Positions 42,796 through 52,733 of a stretch of 64,000 nt of DNA are shown in pieces (position 1 is the stretch's first letter; every line of letters begins with the position of its first letter). Made by a program: the position numbers and the translations under genes. The DNA lies in contig CAKKNE010000005.1 of the NCBI GenBank assembly GCA_918797485.1, forward strand, positions 2,170,001 through 2,234,000, written 5' to 3'. Origin of the DNA: Pelagomonas calceolata. Lineage: Eukaryota. The notes beneath the pieces are model-generated. The model saw only the letters and a program-made list of their open reading frames with translations, ran no database searches and was not told the DNA's origin.

Positions 42796-43952
42796 TTTTG
42801 TGAGTGACTGCGCGGAGAGAGTTGCGTGAGAGCAGTGCGCGTCGTGCGTTGCAAGCGCGGGTGTCTCTGTGTGTTGGTGCGCGCGGTTGGCTGCCTTTTT
42901 TTCGAGGGATGGTGCTTGTGCACCAAACTCTGCGCGTCCGCGGCACTTTTGAACGCGCAAAGCTGTGCAGGGGGGTGCAGAGGGTGCGTGGGGGCTGGGG
43001 AGCGAGTGCTGCGGTCAGGCGTTGCGATGGCGACGCGTTTGCGCACCTGTTTTGCGACGGCAGAGATGTGCGTGTGAGAGGCTGACCTCTCGAGGCGTAA
43101 GGGGTAGGGTCGGTTTCCGTTTCGGAAGGCCCGTTTTCTGGGCGGGAGCCGGGGCGGAGGGCCTCCATCGGTGGCCGGCGAGCCTTCTGCAGACCGCTCT
43201 TGGCGCGGAAGCGGTCCGGCTCCCGACGAGCGCCGCGGTGGCGCGGACGCCGGGGGCGGCGCCGTCGGGCCGCGGCCGCACGCCCCAGGCCCCGGTCGAG
43301 GAAGTGAATATTTTCACAAGGCGGCGCCGTATGTACTGCTCTCTTTGGTGCTCGGAGAGTTCCGGGCCGCCGGCACAGCCGGCCGCGGCGGCGCGGTACC
43401 GACTCGCTCCTAAAGCCCAGAGAGAGATCAAATCTGCCGGAGAGGACGATGTCGGGGCCTCGCGTTGATGGCGTCGAGTAGCACGCCCTATGAGCTGCCG
43501 CCGCGCCGCCGCTCGCGGGAGCCGGACCCGCTTCCGCGCCAAGAGCGGTCTGCAGAAGGCTCGCCGGCCACCGCCGGAGGCCCTCCGCCCCGGCTCCCGC
43601 CCAGAAAACGGACCTTCCGAAACGGAAACCGACCCTACCCCTTACGCCTCGAGAGGTCAGCCTCTCACACGCACATCTCTGCCGTCGCAAAACAGGTGCG
43701 CAAACGTCGCCATCGCAACGCCTGACCGCAGCACTCGCTCCCCAGCCCCCACGCACCCTCTGCACCCCCCTGCACAGCTTTGCGCGTTCAAAAGCGCCGG
43801 GACGCGCAGTTTGGTGCACAAACACCACTGTCGCCCGAATTCGCTGCCAAAGGGGGGCGCACGGCGCGCCGCCGCCACCGAGAGACCGCCACGCGCGCCG
43901 CGCACCATGCGCACCGCTCTCACGCAACCTCTCCGCGCAGTCAATCACAAAA

Positions 43953-44537
43953 ATGGCCAAGCTCGCTCTCGCCCTCGCCCTCGCCCCGGCCGTCACGGCC
44001 TTCGCGCCCGTCGCGGCCCCCAAGGCCTCGACGCAGCTCCAGGCCTCGATCCAGGACACCCTCGCCACCATGGAGGGCCCGGAGATCTTCTGGGGCTCGG
44101 ACGGCGTGCTCCTCGGCCACGACGAGGCCGACATCAAGGGCTACGACAACTTCGACCAGCTCGCGGCCGCGCTCTCCAAGGAGGGCGTCGACCTCTCGGG
44201 CGGCGAGTACACGCTCCTTGCGCCGGCCAACTCGGCCTTCGACAAGCACAACAACGAGGTCGGCACGCCGATCACGGCTGACGTGCTCAAGTACCACGTG
44301 ATCGAGGGCAAGAAGACGATGGACGCCCTCAACACGGACCAGAAGACGCTCAACGGCGGCACCCTCACGGCGTACCGCAAGTTCCGCAAGAACTGGCTCG
44401 ACGGCGCCATCATCGGCCTCAAGTCCGAGGGCCCGTCCAAGTCCTCCAACTGGCCGTCGGACGTCGAGTGCGACAACGGCATCATCCAGGCCATCGACAC
44501 GGTCCTCGTGCCGGGCGCCTACGAGGGCCCGCGGTAA
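43953..44537 (+). CDS. Fasciclin (FAS1) domain protein, copy 2
   Basis: Same FAS1 motifs; 194 aa. Confidence 0.9.
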   Translation: MAKLALALALAPAVTAFAPVAAPKASTQLQASIQDTLATMEGPEIFWGSDGVLLGHDEADIKGYDNFDQLAAALSKEGVDLSGGEYTLLAPANSAFDKHNNEVGTPITADVLKYHVIEGKKTMDALNTDQKTLNGGTLTAYRKFRKNWLDGAIIGLKSEGPSKSSNWPSDVECDNGIIQAIDTVLVPGAYEGPR

Positions 44538-44978
44538 GCGGTTGCTCTGGCGTTTGCGGATCGGTCGCTCGCGATCCGTCTCGTTGTTTTTAATTACAAG
44601 TATATGTACTCTCTGGCTGGGGCGTGCTGCCAGCCGTACTCCTACTATATTCCGTCTATGGCTCTACCTGGGAGTCTACTCCAGGCCGCAGGCAGGAGCC
44701 GGCCGCAGCTGACTCGGTACCAAGTCCACCGTCCAGAAGAATATCCAATGGGACGGTGCCAGCGACGTGGTGGCCTCGCGTCGATGGCATCGCCGTCGGG
44801 GGGCAGCACGCCCTACGAGCGGGCAGCGGCGACGCCTGAGTCGACGCAGTCGCCGAGTCGGAGAGGGCTGGCGCCGATCCTACTTCCGCAGTCCGAAGAT
44901 GAGTAGAATAGAGAGCACAAACTTAATGGTACATCGAGCGCGAGTCAATCCGGCAAATGCCAGAGCCGCACTGCGCGC

Positions 44979-45563
44979 TTACCGCGGGCCCTCGTAGGCG
45001 CCCGGCACGAGGACCGTGTCGATGGCCTGGATGATGCCGTTGTCGCACTCGACGTCCGACGGCCAGTTGGAGGACTTGGACGGGCCCTCGGACTTGAGGC
45101 CGATGATGGCGCCGTCGAGCCAGTTCTTGCGGAACTTGCGGTACGCCGTGAGGGTGCCGCCGTTGAGCGTCTTCTGGTCCGTGTTGAGGGCGTCCATCGT
45201 CTTCTTGCCCTCGATCACGTGGTACTTGAGCACGTCAGCCGTGATCGGCGTGCCGACCTCGTTGTTGTGCTTGTCGAAGGCCGAGTTGGCCGGCGCAAGG
45301 AGCGTGTACTCGCCGCCCGAGAGGTCGACGCCCTCCTTGGAGAGCGCGGCCGCGAGCTGGTCGAAGTTGTCGTAGCCCTTGATGTCGGCCTCGTCGTGGC
45401 CGAGGAGCACGCCGTCCGAGCCCCAGAAGATCTCCGGGCCCTCCATGGTGGCGAGGGTGTCCTGGATCGAGGCCTGGAGCTGCGTCGAGGCCTTGGGGGC
45501 CGCGACGGGCGCGAAGGCCGTGACGGCCGGGGCGAGGGCGAGGGCGAGAGCGAGCTTGGCCAT
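44979..45563 (-). CDS. Fasciclin (FAS1) domain protein, copy 3
   Basis: Protein identical to copy 2. Confidence 0.9.
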   Translation of the reverse strand: MAKLALALALAPAVTAFAPVAAPKASTQLQASIQDTLATMEGPEIFWGSDGVLLGHDEADIKGYDNFDQLAAALSKEGVDLSGGEYTLLAPANSAFDKHNNEVGTPITADVLKYHVIEGKKTMDALNTDQKTLNGGTLTAYRKFRKNWLDGAIIGLKSEGPSKSSNWPSDVECDNGIIQAIDTVLVPGAYEGPR

Positions 45564-46433
45564 TTTTGTGATTGACTGCGCGGAGAGGTTGCGTGAGAGC
45601 GGTGCGCATGGTGCGCGGCGCGCGTGGCGGTCTCTCGGTGGCGGCGGCGCGCCGTGCGCCCCCCTTTGGCAGCGAATTCGGGCGACAGTGGTGTTTGTGC
45701 ACCAAACTGCGCGTCCGACGCGCTTTTCAACGCGCAAAGCTGTGCAGGGGGGTGCAGAGGGTGCGTGGGGGCTGGGGAGCGAGTGCTACGGTCAGGCGTT
45801 GCGATGGCGACGCGTTTGCGCACCTGTTTTGCGACGGCAGAGATGTGCGTGTGAGAGGCTGACCTCTCGAGGCGTAAGGGGTAGGGTCGGTTTCCGTTTC
45901 GGAAGGCCCGTTTTCTGGGCGGGAGCCGGGGCGGAGGGCCTCTTTCGGTGGCCCGCGAGCCTTCCACAGACGGCTCTTGGCGCGGAAGCGGGTCCCGCTC
46001 CCGCGAGCGGCGGCGGCGGCCGCATCACACAGTCTCGAGTCTCGGGGCGGTCGGTCCGTCAGCGGCGCGCAGGACCCGGGGCGCTCAATACGCGCACAAC
46101 GCTCGTCGCCGCGCATCGGACCAGATCTGCGCCTCGCGGCGCCGCGGCCGACGCGAGAAGACCAGGCAGCTGCTTCCCCCTCCACGCCACCGAGCAGACC
46201 CCGTCACAGGGACGACGCATCGATGGCGTCGGGGCGAACGTGCTCTACCACACCACTTGGGCGGCTCTGCCGGCTAGACCTCGCTCCGGCACAGAAATCA
46301 CTCCCAGGTCGCACGCACGTCGTCGAGAGTCGGAGGAGGGAAACGCACAGAAGTATCTTGTTTCGGCATTAGACTTGAATTTACACACGAGGGGAGCTCG
46401 AGCGCTCGTATAATACAGAGCGGCGGCTCGCGC

Positions 46434-47018
46434 TTACCGCGGGCCCTCGTAGGCGCCCGGCACGAGGACCGTGTCGATGGCCTGGATGATGCCGTTGTCG
46501 CACTCGACGTCCGACGGCCAGTTGGAGGACTTGGACGGGCCCTCGGACTTGAGGCCGATGATGGCGCCGTCGAGCCAGTTCTTGCGGAACTTGCGGTACG
46601 CCGTGAGGGTGCCGCCGTTGAGCGTCTTCTGGTCCGTGTTGAGGGCGTCCATCGTCTTCTTGCCCTCGATCACGTGGTACTTGAGCACGTCGTCGCGGAT
46701 CGGCGTGCCGACCTCGTTGTTGTGCTTGTCGAAGGCCGAGTTGGCCGGCGCAAGGAGCGTGTACTCGCCGCCCGAGAGGTCGACGCCCTCCTTGGAGAGC
46801 GCGGCCGCGAGCTGGTCGAAGTTGTCGTAGCCCTTGATGTCGGCCTCGTCGTGGCCGAGGAGCACGCCGTCCGAGCCCCAGAAGATCTCCGGGCCCTCCA
46901 TGGTGGCGAGGGTGTCCTGGATCGAGGCCTGGAGCTGCGTCGAGGCCTTGGGGGCCGCGACGGGCGCGAAGGCCGTGACGGCCGGGGCGAGGGCGAGGGC
47001 GAGCGCGAGCTTGGCCAT
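46434..47018 (-). CDS. Fasciclin (FAS1) domain protein, copy 4
   Basis: Differs from copies 2/3 at PIRDDV vs PITADV. Confidence 0.9.
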   Translation of the reverse strand: MAKLALALALAPAVTAFAPVAAPKASTQLQASIQDTLATMEGPEIFWGSDGVLLGHDEADIKGYDNFDQLAAALSKEGVDLSGGEYTLLAPANSAFDKHNNEVGTPIRDDVLKYHVIEGKKTMDALNTDQKTLNGGTLTAYRKFRKNWLDGAIIGLKSEGPSKSSNWPSDVECDNGIIQAIDTVLVPGAYEGPR

Positions 47019-47594
47019 TTTTGTAAGTGACTGCGCGGAAAGAGTTGCGTGAGGGCGGTGCGCGTGGTGCGCGGCAAGCGCGGGTGTCTCTGTGTGTTGG
47101 TGCGCGCGGTTGGCAGCACGAATTCGGGCGACAGTGGTTTTGTGCACCAAACTGCGCGTCCGCGGCGCTTTTCAGCGCGCACAAATATTGCAGTGGGTTG
47201 CGGAGGGTACAGGTGCGCTGCGGAGCAAGCGGTGCGGTTACTGGTTGCAATTGCGACGCGGTTGCGTACGATTTTTAGATGTGATGTCACGCTGATTCAG
47301 CCTTCGGTCGGGTCCTTCGCCGTCTCAAATGAACGGTCCGACCCCTCGCAACCGTCCGCCGACGCGCCGCACCGCCTGCCGTCGACGCTTCGTGCGACTG
47401 GGCACGAACCGCCCCAGTTTGGCCTCAGGCTCCCAAGCACGACGCCGAACCGTCGGACCAGCCCGTATGACACTACAAAGGAGCCCTCAGCCGTCTAGGG
47501 CCAAGGGACGGGTTAGCGCTACGCTGGAGCGCCGCATGCAAACGACAAAGCTGGGCAGCCTGACCAGCATGGTATCAACACAGCAAACAAGACG

Positions 47595-49121
47595 ATGAGG
47601 CCCAGCCGCCGCGAGCGCCGCGACCGCCGCGCGAAGCAGCCCAAGGAAGAAGAAAGACCGGTGAGTGGCTGGGTGCGCCCGCCGGACAGCACGGACAAGG
47701 AGCGACAAATAGCAGCGCAAAAGAAGCTGAACATGGGCTTCGACTGCCGGGCGGGCTACGGGCGACGCCGGGACCAGACGGATCTACGAGCTATTGAAGC
47801 GAGAGAACAAGCTCGCTACGAGGCGCTCGCCAGAAGGAAGGAACGCGAGGCTCAACCGAAGAAGCCCATCCAAAAGCGGTTAAGACCGCTGCTGCGCGGC
47901 TGCAAGCCGGAGCGCGTGATGATCGGCAAGCGGCCGGTGAACTTCCCGCCCAAGTCAAAAACCGTCTTCCCTCCTCTGAGGTCGAACTGGGAGGACTATG
48001 GCCCCGCAAAAATGCCCACGCGCTACAACGAGCACGTCGGCGAATCCGAAGTTAGGATCGCGCCCATGTCGCTCATGGCGCGCCAGATTATGCGCGAGGA
48101 GCTCCTGCGGAACCGGCGGGCGGCCTCGCCGGCCAAGTCCTCGTCGTCCAAGTCCAAGTCGCCCCAGCACTCGCCCGGCAAGCCCAAGGTAGGTACGGGC
48201 TCCATCTACGACGTCCTCGACCGACGGGAACCTGAAGGAGAGGTCATGGAGGCGACGCTGCCCGACGGGCGCAAGGTCCGCGTCCGCGTGCCGCCGGGCG
48301 CTTTGGTTGTCGACGCGCGTCATGATCAATCTCTCGTCGAAGTCGCCCCCGAGGCGCCGCGGACGCCGTCGCCGAGGAAGCCGGATGACGACCTACGAGT
48401 GCCGGGCGCGAGTCCGAAACCGAAGCCGCTCCTCGCGCGGGACGACGACGACCTGCGCGTGCCCGGGGCGAGTCCGCCGCCGCAGCCGCTCTTGGGACGG
48501 GTTGTGGACGGCGGTCCGCCGATGCCTTTGGTTTTGGATCAACGACTGGACGCCGCCGACGGCGCGCCGTCAATGCCCTCGGTCGCGGACGACGACCTGC
48601 GCGTGCCCGGTAACACACCAAAACCGCGGCCACTGATCGCCGACGACGACCTGCGCATCCCGGGCGCTTCGGGACCGCCGCGGCCCCTGATGGCCGACGA
48701 CGGCCGCCGGCCCCGCGGCGACAGCATGCAGGACAGACCTCTCACCTTTGAGTCTTCCGACGACGACCGCCGCGTCCGCGGCGACAGCCCGCCGCCGCAG
48801 CCGCTCATGGCCGCCGACCGGCCCCGGCGGCCGCAGACGCCCGGCGCGCCGCTCGTGGCCGCCGGCTCGCCGGCGCGGCGCGCCGCGAGCCCCTCGCCGG
48901 AGGACTTCGTCACGATCTGGGACGCCGCGCAGCCCTCGACGCCGCGCCAGGCCGCCTTCGACGACGAGCGGCCACGACGACGCCGCGCGCCTGACCCGCC
49001 GCCGGAGCCGCCGCTCGTCTGGAAGAACGACCGGCCGAAGCGGTCCAAGACCGCGCGGCGCCGGGCGCGGCGCCTCGAGCGGCTCCCGGACATCATCCGC
49101 AGCCAGGCGAACAAGTTTTAA
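47595..49121 (+). CDS. Low-complexity Pro/Arg-rich protein with DDDLRVPGASP repeats
   Basis: 508-codon ORF with about six internal peptide repeats. Confidence 0.6.
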   Translation: MRPSRRERRDRRAKQPKEEERPVSGWVRPPDSTDKERQIAAQKKLNMGFDCRAGYGRRRDQTDLRAIEAREQARYEALARRKEREAQPKKPIQKRLRPLLRGCKPERVMIGKRPVNFPPKSKTVFPPLRSNWEDYGPAKMPTRYNEHVGESEVRIAPMSLMARQIMREELLRNRRAASPAKSSSSKSKSPQHSPGKPKVGTGSIYDVLDRREPEGEVMEATLPDGRKVRVRVPPGALVVDARHDQSLVEVAPEAPRTPSPRKPDDDLRVPGASPKPKPLLARDDDDLRVPGASPPPQPLLGRVVDGGPPMPLVLDQRLDAADGAPSMPSVADDDLRVPGNTPKPRPLIADDDLRIPGASGPPRPLMADDGRRPRGDSMQDRPLTFESSDDDRRVRGDSPPPQPLMAADRPRRPQTPGAPLVAAGSPARRAASPSPEDFVTIWDAAQPSTPRQAAFDDERPRRRRAPDPPPEPPLVWKNDRPKRSKTARRRARRLERLPDIIRSQANKF

Positions 49122-49137
49122 GAATTAAGAATGTCTC

Positions 49138-49449
49138 CTACTGGTCCTTGGACTTGTCCTTCGTGAGGAGGCCCGGCTCGGCGAGGTGCGCGGCGAGCGC
49201 GGCGAGTAGTGGCACGACCAGGACCATCTTGCCGAGGAACTTGAGGCTCGTCAGGTCGAGCGGGACGGGCACGTCCGTCACGCGGCCCCGCTTGTCGAGC
49301 TCGAACTCGAGCGGGATCGCGACGTCGGCGTAGATGGAAGCGACGAGCAGGACCGCAATCGCGGTCCCGATGCGGGCCCGCGTTTCCGAGCCGCGATAAT
49401 ACGACGCGACGCCCAGAACGCCCAAGACGATCTTGGCGACTGCCATCAT
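49138..49449 (-). CDS. Small multi-TM hypothetical protein
   Basis: 103 aa, three hydrophobic segments, GC3 bias. Confidence 0.45.
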   Translation of the reverse strand: MMAVAKIVLGVLGVASYYRGSETRARIGTAIAVLLVASIYADVAIPLEFELDKRGRVTDVPVPLDLTSLKFLGKMVLVVPLLAALAAHLAEPGLLTKDKSKDQ

Positions 49450-49642
49450 CGGTTCATACGTGGGTCAGGTGGACGGTCATATCGTTGTCAGTGGCTGGCA
49501 AGCTTCAGATGACGAGGATCACGACTTTAATTCGACACGCCTATTTGTGTTTGGTCCGGGCAGTAGGCACTGGACAGAGTGGGATATTCCCGCCGGGTTC
49601 AGGTTTATTGGACCCCGCTACGCGGCAGTCCGCATCGGCTAG
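49450..49642 (+). pseudogene. Orphan 3' gene fragment, Kelch/beta-propeller-like
   Basis: VDGHIVVSGW...LFVFGPGSRHWTEW; no upstream part present. Confidence 0.4.
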
Positions 49643-49670
49643 ACTTCAATAAGACACAATCACACAGTAC

Positions 49671-52424
49671 TTAATGCCCCAAATCCAGATCCGCGACGGC
49701 CGCGAGGTCGTCCTCGTCGCAGGAGTAGTCCGAGTCGTCGCTCCGCGGCGTCGTCGCGCGGCGTGTTAAAGAAGGCGGCGGCGGGCAGGGCGGCGTGGCC
49801 GGCGGCTCGGGCTCCGATGGAACCCGCGGCGGCGACGCGGCGACGGGCGACGCCGCGGTCTCGGACACGACCGGCGAGAGCGGAGTTAGTGAAGGCGGCG
49901 GCGGCGGCGAGTCCGCCGGCGACGACCGCGACCGCGGCTGCCGCCGCTGCAGCATGGCCTCGAGCGCGGCGTTCTGCGGCAACGCGCCGGTGGAGGAGTT
50001 CCGCCGGTGCTTTGTTCGTTGTTTGGGAGAGTGCAGCACCGGTGCACTCTCCCTCCTAGACAGCTTCGCCTCGATGCGCCGTTCGGCGGACGGCCGCCGC
50101 CGTTCCTCGTCGCGCCGGCGCTGCTCCGCCCTTGCTCTATGGGCGCACCGCTTCCTCGATTCCGCGAATTTCGCCTCAAAAGAAGTTAATGTAGAAAAGA
50201 ACTCCTCGGGCGTCTGCTCTGCTTCCCGTAGGTACGACAGCGTCTCGCGGAAGGCGTCTGAGGCCGCATCGACGTCGGCCTCCAGACCCTTCAGGGCGCC
50301 ACTCGCCAGATCCCTGAAAGCGGAACAAGCATCGGCACAAGCGACGCCGTCCTCGTCGTCTCCTGATGATTCGATCAACGACGATATGCGAGACAACCCG
50401 TGCTGCAGGTTCTTCACTTCCCTCTGGCAGTGCGCCATCGACGCCCGTTGGGCTGCTTTCAAACCAGGCAGCTCGTCAAACACATGCAGCGTCGCCTCAT
50501 CATCATTCGCCACCATCATGCTCACGACGTAATCCAAGGCCGACGTCTCCCGATCGAAGGCTTTGGTGTCCGCCAGCTTGAGTAGAGAGTGGAGCCGGAA
50601 GCCGCCCGTGTTCTTGCGAGGCGTGCTCCGGCGATCGTCGAGCTCCTTCGACAGCCTCAACACATAGGTCAGGAGCTTCTTCAAAGCTTCGGACGACGTC
50701 ACGCCCGCGCAGGCTCTTCTTAGATCATTCGCTTGCGCGGCGACGTGCGCCGCCCGCTCGCCGAACTGGGCCCTGAATCTTAATGCTGTCACACGCGTTT
50801 CGAAGGCGTCCCGTCCCAGCACTAAGACGACGCGACACATGAAGCGTTCCGCCTCGGCGTACTTTTCGTAGTTATTGCTAGCATCGCATGTTTTCAGCCG
50901 CAGCGCCTCGTCTTGCGAAGGCGTCGCCATCCGCAGGGCTTCCAGTTGATCTTTACTAAACGCACCGGCGTCGCACCTCGCTACCGATCTTCTTATGTCT
51001 TCTACAGATAAAGCATCAAGTCTAGCACCCGCCAGACCGATCGCGACGTTCGTACTTCTTTTCGGAGCCAACACCACCTCCTTCTGCTCCGTCGGAGACG
51101 GTCTCCTTTGAATGACCTTCTTGGCGTCGGGCGTCGTCGTTCGAACAAAGAGCTTCTCTAGCTGTGTATTGTGCACCTCGATGCCGTTTAATTGTGTAAC
51201 ATCACCCCATATCGACCCCTCGACGTCGTTATCGTGGTAGTCGAGGGGCAGCTCCTTGACGGTCCGCGATCTCCGTTTTTTTTGAGGTAGGACGGGTCCT
51301 GTCTTATTCCCGAACAAAGCGGCCACAGAACCGCCCGGCTCGACTTTGGACGAGGACACGACCAGGCCCGCGGCATGCACAGAGGTGGCTTCTATTTTCA
51401 GGGGATCATTGCCATCTCGAGCCATCTTCTGGGCCACGGCGGCCGCCGGCGCGCCGACGCGCAGCATCCTGTAATAAGGAGCGTAGACCGGGTCATCCAC
51501 CGGAGCCCACACTTCCTCCTTGACCTCCTCTTGAACAGGAGGTGGTTCCTGCGGTGACGACGCCCACCAGCCTTCATCTAAAACTTCGAGCTGGCCCACG
51601 TGCACCAGTCGACACGCGCGTTTCCCGCCTCCTTGGTAGCCGCCGTCGACGCGCACGACGAGACGGCCATCGTGGTTCGGCCGCGTCACCGCGACGCACT
51701 CCTTTGGTGACGGCGACGACGGCGTCCTGAGTAAGCATCGATCATCTACATCAACCAGGCACTCATTATCGGCACCATATCTATCGGAAGGACAGAGCTG
51801 CGACGCGTGGCACTGGATTGGTCTCTCCTCTCCATCAATCTTCACGACGCAGCGGCCCGACTCTTTTTGTGGTGCGGAGAGGAGTTCTCCGGCAGCGAAG
51901 GCGCCGCCGCCGCGGTCGAGCCAGACTCTAGCTCCTTTCCGGAGCTTCTGGCCCTGGACGACGTCGCTCACGAGCCTCAAGAGCGCGCCGGAGAAGCCCT
52001 TCTTCGCGCTTCGTACCTGAAGCGCGTCCGCGAGGACCTGGCGCGGCGTCCGGCTCCCGGAGCCGCGGCGGCGGCCCGTGATGGCCAGCGCGACGGGCGC
52101 GCGCGGCGTGTTTTTTGGCGTGCGCAGCGCGGGCGTCGCGCTTGCCTTCGGCGTCCGCGCGGGCGCTGCGTCGGCTGCGGCGGGCGCGCGCGCTGGTGCC
52201 TCAGCGGCTGCTCGCGCCGCGGCGGCCTCAGCGGCGGCGGCGTGCGCTCCCGCACGCGCTGCCGCTGTTGAGGGCGCTCGTACCGGCGAGGCTCGGCCAG
52301 CGGCGCGCACTTGCGCTAGTAGGCCGCCTCGACCTGTCGCGGCGCTCGCCGCGGCCGTAGCGCTGTCATCACCGGTAGCGCTTGCCAGGGCTGCTGCGGG
52401 CCTATCAGGCGCTCCAGCCGTCAT
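49671..52424 (-). CDS. Formin (FH2 domain)
   Basis: GSIW, LEKLF, LAPKRSTNVAIGL, AEAERFM, GFRLHSLLKLADTK, PEEFFSTLTSF; DPVYAPYYRMLRVGAP motif. Confidence 0.88.
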   Translation of the reverse strand: MTAGAPDRPAAALASATGDDSATAAASAATGRGGLLAQVRAAGRASPVRAPSTAAARAGAHAAAAEAAAARAAAEAPARAPAAADAAPARTPKASATPALRTPKNTPRAPVALAITGRRRGSGSRTPRQVLADALQVRSAKKGFSGALLRLVSDVVQGQKLRKGARVWLDRGGGAFAAGELLSAPQKESGRCVVKIDGEERPIQCHASQLCPSDRYGADNECLVDVDDRCLLRTPSSPSPKECVAVTRPNHDGRLVVRVDGGYQGGGKRACRLVHVGQLEVLDEGWWASSPQEPPPVQEEVKEEVWAPVDDPVYAPYYRMLRVGAPAAAVAQKMARDGNDPLKIEATSVHAAGLVVSSSKVEPGGSVAALFGNKTGPVLPQKKRRSRTVKELPLDYHDNDVEGSIWGDVTQLNGIEVHNTQLEKLFVRTTTPDAKKVIQRRPSPTEQKEVVLAPKRSTNVAIGLAGARLDALSVEDIRRSVARCDAGAFSKDQLEALRMATPSQDEALRLKTCDASNNYEKYAEAERFMCRVVLVLGRDAFETRVTALRFRAQFGERAAHVAAQANDLRRACAGVTSSEALKKLLTYVLRLSKELDDRRSTPRKNTGGFRLHSLLKLADTKAFDRETSALDYVVSMMVANDDEATLHVFDELPGLKAAQRASMAHCQREVKNLQHGLSRISSLIESSGDDEDGVACADACSAFRDLASGALKGLEADVDAASDAFRETLSYLREAEQTPEEFFSTLTSFEAKFAESRKRCAHRARAEQRRRDEERRRPSAERRIEAKLSRRESAPVLHSPKQRTKHRRNSSTGALPQNAALEAMLQRRQPRSRSSPADSPPPPPSLTPLSPVVSETAASPVAASPPRVPSEPEPPATPPCPPPPSLTRRATTPRSDDSDYSCDEDDLAAVADLDLGH

Positions 52425-52539
52425 CAAACCGAAGCCAAGGATGATGTATAAATTTTAAATCGGTTTTTGTATGTAATACTGGCACAGCGCGTCTGAAATA
52501 ATAGCGCAACGTCGAGCTCGGAGCGCCGGCACATAATCA

Positions 52540-52559
52540 GCTAGCTGCAAGACACTAGC
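52540..52559 (-). promoter_or_regulatory. CTAG-bounded upstream motif (short variant)
   Basis: Reverse complement gctagtgtcttgcagctagc, ~115 bp upstream of the formin ATG. Confidence 0.5.
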
Positions 52560-52733
52560 AAGCTGGATACGTATCTCCGCCCACAGTCCTAGCACCGTAA
52601 CAACTCATACGTATCGGCGGCGGTCCGCCGCCGGCCCAGGGGGCCCGCAAACTAGTCCTAGCACCGCAACAGAAATCGACGCAACGACACATCACATCCG
52701 CGACACCCACCGAGAAGCAGTAGATAACGATAC

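Larger units (their letters stand above)
42211..47180. repeat. Four-copy FAS1 amplicon: ~1-kb units in inverted and tandem arrangement
   Basis: Arms at about 42214-43232 (-), 43510-44537 (+), 44979-46020 (-) and 46434-47180 (-), each gene plus upstream DNA. Confidence 0.92.

Noticed and set aside
42203..44137. 644-aa minus-strand ORF spanning the FAS1 inverted repeat
   Set aside because: Arg/Gly/Pro-rich shadow frame made of antisense and off-frame FAS1 sequence plus promoter DNA
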